A stretch of DNA of 64,000 nucleotides from Schizochytrium sp. TIO01 (Eukaryota; Protista; Bigyra: Labyrinthulomycetes). The stretch covers positions 310,001-374,000 of the forward strand of contig SMSO01000004.1 of NCBI GenBank assembly GCA_004764695.1, written 5' to 3'. Below the pieces are notes generated by a model that was not told the origin of the DNA, made no database searches, and worked only from the letters and a program-made list of their open reading frames with translations. A program made the translations under genes and the position numbers. Below, piece after piece: positions 56,169-64,000 of this stretch (position 1 is its first letter; each line of letters starts with the position of its first letter).

Positions 56169-59100
56169 CTAACGACGGCGCGTTCGTGTGCTTCGAGGTT
56201 GATACACCTCCTCTTCCTCGCCATCTAGGTCTTCATCATCATCGAATTCATCTTCCTCGGAATCCACATAACCGTTTCGATGGCCATATTTGATAGCGCT
56301 CTTTGCGCGTTTTGGAGCACCTCCGCCTTTAGAGGCTGTTCTTGTGCGTTTAGTACCTCTGGAACCAGTAGATACACGTGCAGGGCGCCGGCGGTTTGAC
56401 CTTTCTCCATAATTATCGTCATCGTCATCATCTTCATCGTCAGAGTTATCGAAGTCTTCTTCCTCATCTTCGTCTTCCTCATCGTCTTCATCTTCGTCGC
56501 TTTCTGCAGCTGCGCGTCGTTTAGGCGCCTTTGCTTTGCTCTTGCTAGGGCCCTTGTCTTTGCTTGATTTTCCCCCGAACTCGGACGAATCGAGATTTGA
56601 CAAGGGCAGAGACACCCAGCTAGCCAAGCCTACTATGTCTGTCGCGACCTTCGGGATTTCTCTGTCAACCATGTTTTTCCCATTAATCGCAGCACGGTAC
56701 ACTGGCGTACCTTCCTGATTAAACAACACTGCATTGTCAAATACCAGGGTCAGATCAGCCTCATAGGCCTTCATGATAGCAACAGCAGTGGATTCGGAAA
56801 GGAGGGTATTTCTGCCAGTGGCATCATTACCATATTCACCATCCTCAAGTTTGTCTACAATTGTGCTGAAGTCCATTGGTTGGCTGATAATATCCAAATA
56901 ACCAGGAACAACAGTCGGGTCAACTGGCTCCGCAAATATTTTTTGCCGGTCTTGTTTCTTCAACTTAGCCAAGACACCGCGAAGACCTGTCATGAGAGCA
57001 GAAGAACTCACAGTATCCCCAGCTGTAGTGGCTGAAATTGTTGCACCTCCGCCCGGAAGAGCTCGCCTGCGGCGTCCATGACGACCCAAATCTTGCTCTG
57101 ACATTTGTCTATCCTTGCTTTCGATTGCATCGCCATCGCCATCGCTATCATCGCTATCATCATCATCGTCATCTCCATCATCATCAGTGGCATTACCACC
57201 ATTCTGTTGATATGATTGTTGTTGTTGCACATGGGAAATAGACGATGAGGATGAAGAACTCGCATTCCTGTTAGAATCTGTCATATCTTGCTGGGGTTGT
57301 TCCTTGGCAACTTCCTTGCGAATAACATCAAGCAAGATACGTTGGAGCTTGTCAGCATAAGCACAGATCTGCGAACGGCTATCATTGTAAATAAAGCAAT
57401 CTTGGCGAATAAGTTTGACGTCACGTTCAATGGCCTCTACGTGACGATAATAGTGGCCACGCAAGCGGTTCACAATTGTCAACATATCCATGGGAAGCGG
57501 AACCATTGTTCCATACATAGGGACAGAATGGAGATTCACTGGTTCGATAAAGGGCTGGGCACAAGGATGCTCAATTTGAATTTCATCAAACTTGCTAGCA
57601 ATGCGATTCGCAAGTCGCTTACTTACTCCATCATTTGCCGATAAATCCACGCAAAAGGCCTGTACGCGGTGCTCCTTACGAAGTTCCCATGCAGATTGAT
57701 ATTCGTCGTCATCGGCGCCAGTCTCATTCCAGCGCACACAAATTGTTTGCCAAGGTGACCCTGGCCACGAAGAATCAGAAGAGCTGATTTCCTGCACCTG
57801 GCCTGCATAGAGTACAGATTCTCCATGGGTGCCAGTATAAATCGCATACACTGTGTCTCTCGGTTTGATACTTTGCTGCATACCGGCTTCAAAACGCTCA
57901 CGTAGAAGGATAAACTCTGCATCATCAAAAGCATGATAAGTCACTTTGAATCGAGCGCGCTTTGACACAACTACCTCAGGTGGATTGGAACTCCAAAATG
58001 ACCCTTCAGGAACAGGTATTGCGCCTTGAAGAAGATGTTGTGAAGGAACAGAGACAACCGTCAACTCGAGACGAGATTCAACTCTCGGATCTTGTCCTTC
58101 ACCCACCTGCCGCTGATGTTCATCACTTGGAAAAGTGTAGTCAACTTTATCAACACGACAGAGAACGACCGGCCATGTTCTCTGCCACCAACTTGACTGC
58201 CAAGGTGCAACTTCCGAAATAGGATAGGTTCGCAGGTAATGGTGATGTCCTTGGGCGCAATAGACCACAATATCACCTACTTGAGGACAGTACGGGTCAC
58301 TGGGAATGCGACCCACAGTCTTGCGCAGCCATTCACGATCATAGAAACGAAGCACTGATACAGTGTTACTTGGTTCCTCAACAGAGCTACGTCGTCGGCT
58401 ATTGGTAGAAGGACGGCTTCCACGCTTCGCCTTCGTACTGCGTTGAGGACGTTGCGGAAGTTCCTCGTCCTCGTCCTCTTCTTCTTCATCTTCGAGATCA
58501 TCCTCATCATCTTCTTCATCTTTGGCATAAATAACATCATCCTCGTCGTCATCGTAGTAATGTGAGCTACGTCTTGTGGAGCGAGATGCACGAGCAGATC
58601 GGCGTTGCGGGAGTCGGCGTAATGCTCGGCCACTGCGTGTGCGACGAGGCTCGCCATCCTCAGAACCATTTTCCATATCATCATCTTCTTCCATAGCGTC
58701 TCCACCATTTTTGTCATCCCACTGCTCATCAGCATCATCTTCACTGTCGCTACTCAGGTTAGGTCCGCTCATTGTTGGTGGAAGATTTTCGAAATCTTCA
58801 ATACGGCGAATCTGATTCCGAGCCTGGCGAGCAGCAGCGCGACCACGACGTTGGTTCTGTCGACCAGTACCATTGCTAGCATTAGTTGCTTCGGCCTCCT
58901 CGCGTCTGTTCGCATTTTCACGCAGTTGTTGAAGTTGTTCTTGTTCCGCACGTTCGCAAGCAAGAAGGCCAGAAGAACTGTTTCCAGGTGCAGGTGCATA
59001 GCCCATTACACCACTAGATTGTGGTGCGCGCGAAGGCGCAATAGCGGTATTTGGAACATTTGTTGGCTGTCGCATGCGAACCACATCACGAGTAACTCGC

Positions 59101-61982
59101 ATGCTTCGAGCTGGAGTGAGCTGGGTTTCCGCGTTTGATCGAGCAATGCGCTCATCTACTTCTTGGAACTTTTCTTCAAGCTTTTCCATAGCCGCCTTCT
59201 CGTTGTTGTGAAGCTGCTTCTCGATTTGACGAATAATAGAACGTCTTTCGACACGCATTGCTTCAGCATTTTGTGCAGCCGAGCCGTTTCCTTCAACATG
59301 TCGGACCTGTACAGCATACTCGGCACCCTGGCTGTCCACCAGCGGGACATTGGTAATCATATGAGGGGGGCGCTGTGTACGAGCGTCGAGAACGTTGCCA
59401 AAAGCATCACGCAAGAGTTCAGAATAATCAGTGGAGAAGAATTGTTCTGGATAAGCTCCTGCATATACAGTAGTATCCTGGGATCCAATAAGAATAAGAC
59501 GACCACCCACATCAGTCACGACAATTGCAGCCGAACTAGATCCTTGCGGGGTAAATGCACCATCAAGGATTGTCAACGGACCATACTGCGAAGAAATTGG
59601 GATTTTGCAAAGCAACTTTCCACTGTAGACATCCCAAACGCATATTTGTCCATCATAACCACCAGTCATGAACAGACGTTTATCTGTAGGATGGGCGCGT
59701 AGAACAAATGCAGGTTTGCGATGAGCCCCAACATTATGCATCAACTCACCAGTGTAAGAGTCAAATATCAAAACACGCTGGTCGAAGAATTCTGCAAGGT
59801 CCTCGTATTCGGTTTGATCCCAATTTTTCCTTAGTTTCATCGATTGTAACACGATGACGAACTGGTCATCTCCACTCCACGCGCAGGCATCAAGGGTTGG
59901 AAGTCTGTAACGATTTGTCGAGCGACGACGACCTTCAGGTCCACTGTGTGCTCCTTGCGTGCCGGCGAAAGCTGTGTTTGTGTTGCGTGTAACGCCAAGC
60001 ACGCGGTGGTGAGGCGTTGAAAAATAGTCTACAGATTGGTCTATAGTTGAGCGTTTTGGCCAATACCAAATCCGCACCGTACCATCCTGCACAGAACCAG
60101 TAAGCACACGATCACCTTTTTTAGACCACTCGGCTTGAGTAACTGAATCGGTATGTCCGCATAACGTGCAAATGAGCCTTCCGCTTCCATCGACATACTC
60201 CCCATTCACAAGATCAGGTTTAGTCACCGCGTCAGGTACTGCGGAGCAACCCTCTGGAATGTTCCGCGATACAGCCCAAATTCTTGCAATGCCGTCGTCA
60301 CACCCTGTGACCACGAGGCCGCCCTGAGGGGCCGCAGACATAACATTGACTTCCACAGACGGTGTTTCACTCGGAATTGGGGCCTTTTGGCGTAGATGAG
60401 GTAGTACTATGGGGACGCGTGGGGACAAAAATCGTGTGGTGATACCGGCAGCGGCCACGACGTTTGCAGACACAACAGGCCCAGAACCTTGCAGGCCTTC
60501 GCCCCCCGACAAGGATGACGACGAGTGCTGCCCACTACCTCCTACTGAGGTCTGCTCAGCTGCCCCTGGTGTTTCATGCCCATTCCTACTTGTTGAGGAG
60601 CTGCTGGATGATGATGATGATGATGATGACGAGTTTGTGCTTGAACGAAGTTGAGAAATCTGCAGTTCGACTTCGTCAATGATACGTTGTGTGTCCCAAA
60701 CGCAAATCATGCCATCATCGCTTGCGGACATGAGAAGATTCTCCTTGGCATCGAAGTTGACTACGTTAATGCACTTACGGTGCGGACGGAGTACAGCAAT
60801 GTGGCGGCCCGTCATGAGCTCCCACAAGCGCACAGTTTCATCAACGGATGTAGATGCTAGATAACGATTGGTCTTGTCAATGGCTACGTCACAAATCATT
60901 TTTTCGTGAGCACGAAAAGTTACCGAGAGCTGACCAGTCCGCGCGTTCCAGAGTTTACATAGAGCATCATCTGAGCCAGTCACAATCCACCGGCCAGTCT
61001 TGTCGACTGCTACACAAAAGACGTAAGCTCTATGACCATAGATCTTTTTCATGACCCGAAGGCGTTTGCAGACGAGATCCCGAGCTGGCCCATCTAGCTT
61101 TTGTTCAATTCTTGCACCAAGTTGGGCTCCACTGACAAGATCTGTGACGCTAGAGGAAGCTCTTCGCCTGCTGACCAGGTCATCGCGGAGTGCTTCTTTG
61201 GCAGCAACAATCGCACGTTCGACACGTTCTAGTTTGTTCCGACGATCACTGATGCGTTTCGCAAGGTATGCGGGGACGTTCGTTTCGTTGTTCTTGCTAA
61301 GGCTTCGGCCTACACGGATCAGTTCTGCCTCAATGTTTCGTTTCTCCTGGCGCAGACTGATGAGCGTTGACGGACGGAAACTCTTTGCTCCACTCCCCGC
61401 GGAGATGTGTGGCATAGAGGGCATGCCATAATCCACCTCGCCATTCTTGTGGGCTTCCGCATCGGGTGCGAGTAGGTCAGCTGGGTTTCTGAGTAAACTG
61501 GCGGGCAAATTTGTCCGTAGGGACCTCATTCGCGCGGCTTCCGGGCAGGCTTCCACTTCAGCCTCGGCATCAGCTCCGCGAAGCGTAGCTGCGGCGGCAG
61601 CTGATTCCCGAGCAGCTCTCTCACCGTCTTCTAGAGCAGCTTCGCGCACGTGCAGAGCCTCTATAAGGACTCTTCGAAGCTGATCAGGCGCAACCTCAGC
61701 GTATCTGCCACGAAGGTCCTCGAATGAAGCATTCCTCAACTCCCCGCTCCAGCCCGTAGCCTTTCCAAAAAGCCCTCGCGCCTGCATCTCCTCATTCATT
61801 GCTGTCACGCTTTGCATTTGAAGCGAGTTGTTGCTCAAATAGTTTGCAATCAAGAAGTGAAGCTGTCGATCGAGGGCTTCTTGAGTCTTTTCATTATGGA
61901 GAGAAGACTTCATCTCCAAGGCGTAGCCAACGCCATTGCCGCCTGTAGTGCCACCGCCCAGGTTTTTCGTACCGTTCTCCAT
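56169..61982 (-). CDS. PHIP: Bromodomain and WD-repeat protein (BRWD/PHIP family)
   Basis: LisH-like LHFLIANYL. WD40 propeller (GHRAYVFCVAVDKTGRWIVTGSDD). YCPQVGDIVVY..QGH and WPGSPW Tudor-like region. Two bromodomains retaining the conserved Asn (CFIYN, AVLFN). Acidic tail. Confidence 0.9.
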   Translation of the reverse strand: MENGTKNLGGGTTGGNGVGYALEMKSSLHNEKTQEALDRQLHFLIANYLSNNSLQMQSVTAMNEEMQARGLFGKATGWSGELRNASFEDLRGRYAEVAPDQLRRVLIEALHVREAALEDGERAARESAAAAATLRGADAEAEVEACPEAARMRSLRTNLPASLLRNPADLLAPDAEAHKNGEVDYGMPSMPHISAGSGAKSFRPSTLISLRQEKRNIEAELIRVGRSLSKNNETNVPAYLAKRISDRRNKLERVERAIVAAKEALRDDLVSRRRASSSVTDLVSGAQLGARIEQKLDGPARDLVCKRLRVMKKIYGHRAYVFCVAVDKTGRWIVTGSDDALCKLWNARTGQLSVTFRAHEKMICDVAIDKTNRYLASTSVDETVRLWELMTGRHIAVLRPHRKCINVVNFDAKENLLMSASDDGMICVWDTQRIIDEVELQISQLRSSTNSSSSSSSSSSSSSTSRNGHETPGAAEQTSVGGSGQHSSSSLSGGEGLQGSGPVVSANVVAAAGITTRFLSPRVPIVLPHLRQKAPIPSETPSVEVNVMSAAPQGGLVVTGCDDGIARIWAVSRNIPEGCSAVPDAVTKPDLVNGEYVDGSGRLICTLCGHTDSVTQAEWSKKGDRVLTGSVQDGTVRIWYWPKRSTIDQSVDYFSTPHHRVLGVTRNTNTAFAGTQGAHSGPEGRRRSTNRYRLPTLDACAWSGDDQFVIVLQSMKLRKNWDQTEYEDLAEFFDQRVLIFDSYTGELMHNVGAHRKPAFVLRAHPTDKRLFMTGGYDGQICVWDVYSGKLLCKIPISSQYGPLTILDGAFTPQGSSSAAIVVTDVGGRLILIGSQDTTVYAGAYPEQFFSTDYSELLRDAFGNVLDARTQRPPHMITNVPLVDSQGAEYAVQVRHVEGNGSAAQNAEAMRVERRSIIRQIEKQLHNNEKAAMEKLEEKFQEVDERIARSNAETQLTPARSMRVTRDVVRMRQPTNVPNTAIAPSRAPQSSGVMGYAPAPGNSSSGLLACERAEQEQLQQLRENANRREEAEATNASNGTGRQNQRRGRAAARQARNQIRRIEDFENLPPTMSGPNLSSDSEDDADEQWDDKNGGDAMEEDDDMENGSEDGEPRRTRSGRALRRLPQRRSARASRSTRRSSHYYDDDEDDVIYAKDEEDDEDDLEDEEEEDEDEELPQRPQRSTKAKRGSRPSTNSRRRSSVEEPSNTVSVLRFYDREWLRKTVGRIPSDPYCPQVGDIVVYCAQGHHHYLRTYPISEVAPWQSSWWQRTWPVVLCRVDKVDYTFPSDEHQRQVGEGQDPRVESRLELTVVSVPSQHLLQGAIPVPEGSFWSSNPPEVVVSKRARFKVTYHAFDDAEFILLRERFEAGMQQSIKPRDTVYAIYTGTHGESVLYAGQVQEISSSDSSWPGSPWQTICVRWNETGADDDEYQSAWELRKEHRVQAFCVDLSANDGVSKRLANRIASKFDEIQIEHPCAQPFIEPVNLHSVPMYGTMVPLPMDMLTIVNRLRGHYYRHVEAIERDVKLIRQDCFIYNDSRSQICAYADKLQRILLDVIRKEVAKEQPQQDMTDSNRNASSSSSSSISHVQQQQSYQQNGGNATDDDGDDDDDDSDDSDGDGDAIESKDRQMSEQDLGRHGRRRRALPGGGATISATTAGDTVSSSALMTGLRGVLAKLKKQDRQKIFAEPVDPTVVPGYLDIISQPMDFSTIVDKLEDGEYGNDATGRNTLLSESTAVAIMKAYEADLTLVFDNAVLFNQEGTPVYRAAINGKNMVDREIPKVATDIVGLASWVSLPLSNLDSSEFGGKSSKDKGPSKSKAKAPKRRAAAESDEDEDDEEDEDEEEDFDNSDDEDDDDDDNYGERSNRRRPARVSTGSRGTKRTRTASKGGGAPKRAKSAIKYGHRNGYVDSEEDEFDDDEDLDGEEEEVYQPRSTRTRRR

Positions 61983-64000
61983 ATTTTATTTTCAAAGTTC
62001 GTAGTAGTATCAACAAAAGTCGAAATTCTAGCTCGCTCCAGGGCTAATCTGGGTTAGAATCCTTATCCTGGCGGTGAAGAGGCTGATGACTTATGCACTA
62101 AACTCAGGCCCAAGATCTTCAAAAGGTCAACTTTGATTTCTGAAGAAAGAATTTGGATTTGGAAATAATAATAATAATAATAATCTTTCAAATCCAAGAC
62201 CAAGGTGGTTAGAGTCTCGAGGTCCTCAAAGTCCAGAGACTTTCCACTCCCTCTCCTCTGCCGTCTTTTTTTAGACAGTTGCTCTTCAGTTGACTCTTAG
62301 GCGTCAGAGGCCTCCCGGTGCCCCCTCCAAGCAGTTTTCCCTCGAGGTAGAGCCCCTCCACTTCCCAAGCAGCTCGCGCTCTCGTAGACGCTGCCGCTGG
62401 CGTCGCCGCCGCCGAAGGTGAAATGAATTGAAACCGAGTGACAGATAACGCTGTGCCGCCCAAACGAAACGCGTCGCTGCAAGCGCGCTTCCAGAGGCGC
62501 GCCTCCGAGGGGGCGAGCAAGTCACCGCGATGACCCTCTGCCAACGCCGGCTGCCCAACGCCGCAACCGGGCCGCGCCGAAGCTGTGCGCCGTCGATCGC
62601 GATTTGAATTAGTTCAAACCAAAGTCGCTCTCTCCAAAAGCCTCCGCGCTCCTTCTTTTACCTCCTTTTAAACGCCCTTTTAATCCTCTGTCTTTCGCTA
62701 ACTAAAATCTTTTCAAGGTCCTTTTAGTGCTCTTTCAAGGGCCCTTCCCCTTTCGCATTTCTTCTTTTCTCGAGCCACCTATGGTAAGTACTGCTGCTAA
62801 GAATGGCCCTGGAGCAGGCAGGTTTCAAGAACCTGCGCCCGGCTTGCGCTCTGTCTGGCCTGGCGGAGCTTCGCAGCTCCTCCCAGCAAGAGGAAACTGA
62901 AGTTCTTGCTTTTCGAGGATGGAGAAGGCAGACCATCTTTGGAGATGAAAAAATCTTCGGTACTGCTGTTCAAGTTAATTTGTTTGTTTGTTTGACAGGA
63001 AAAAATGAATAAATTCGCGATTGTGCTATGAAAGCTTAAATGACCCTTAGCAGAGGCTGCCAGTTTGAACGCGCACATCTCTCAGTGGTAGCTACTTTTC
63101 CCCTCTCTCATGATATATTTTAAAACATTGAGACGTCAATCTTCTCCTCTAATCCCCACTGAAGACATTCTGCTCTGAAGGCCATGCAGTGGAGCTGTGG
63201 GGCCTTACCCTCTTGAATTTTTTTCCCGCCGTGCCAAAACCGGGCAACAAAAGGTCTCTAGCATGGGATCCCTGATTCAGAAAAGCTCAAGATTGTACAA
63301 AACGCTTGTTCAAGCTGGTCTTGGCCTTTGTATCAAGTCATGGCCTCATCCCTTCATAATGGATTGAGCGAGGCTGCTCATGCTCTCGCCGTAGTTAGCC
63401 TGCAAATCTCTCAGTTTGTTTTAAAAACGTTTTATATTTTCCCTCAGCTCCTCCTATCCCCACTAAAGTGACTTCAGTCACATTCCTTCCCACATCTTCT
63501 CCTCCTAGACTATCTTTTCTGAGCAATTTTAGTTTTTTTTTTTTTCTCTTTTTTTTCCTATTTTAAATCAAGAGTCGAGGAGTGCGCTATCAATGCCTAA
63601 GGTTTATACTAACGTTAATATCGAAGGTTTAGTTGTCACACATTTGATCGACATCGATTGCGCTTTCCATGTGCAGATCAACATCGGGACCCAAACCCTC
63701 TATAGCTTAGATTTTTCTGAGTCCATACATACGAAAGGTCGCTAAAAAGTTTGCGTGGTAGCATCTCTGCAGGTTTTCCACCGCCCGGCTTTAGATTGAG
63801 CGAGATTGCATCCATTTTGGTCCGGCGGTTTAATGAGGTCCAGCAATGGCCATTTCGTTGTTGGCGGGCACAAGCGCTCTCAAAACGCGCTGGGAATTTG
63901 CGATCTTGGCCTTTCGACGTTTTTTTTTTTCTTTCCAAATTCCTCGGGCGCACCTCTTTCATTTGGCCTCGATTCGAGCTTCTTCCGGTTGCCGCCTATT

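Noticed and set aside
62209-63962. Short ORFs upstream of the BRWD gene
   Set aside because: Mostly non-ATG starts, GC-rich promoter-like sequence, and no recognisable domains.

Overview
Gene-dense, intron-poor eukaryotic DNA. Gene content and style suggest a stramenopile, most likely a thraustochytrid/labyrinthulomycete (inference, not proven). The left 22 kb is an accessory region with two near-identical, directly oriented genes for a ~1,880-aa single-pass surface protein (PAN/Apple-like, Cys-rich and beta-rich modules). The ~7-kb spacer between them holds retroelement relics and an orphan ORF with a 2H-phosphoesterase-like motif pair. The remainder carries a TPT/SLC35E-type transporter, IST1, a xylulokinase-like FGGY kinase, a WD40 protein, a mitochondrial-type malic enzyme, spliced NUDCD2, a spliced multi-TM protein, a myosin with a C-terminal membrane anchor and a BRWD/PHIP chromatin reader. 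The most striking feature is a 1,629-aa gene (44442-49331, minus strand). It fuses an extracellular pectinacetylesterase/Notum-like domain that lacks its catalytic serine, an intact ABCG half-transporter, and a C-terminal 4-helix voltage-sensor-like domain, making it a candidate ligand- and/or voltage-regulated ABC transporter. No tRNA, rRNA or CRISPR array was seen. All family calls come from motif recognition by eye; no searches were run.
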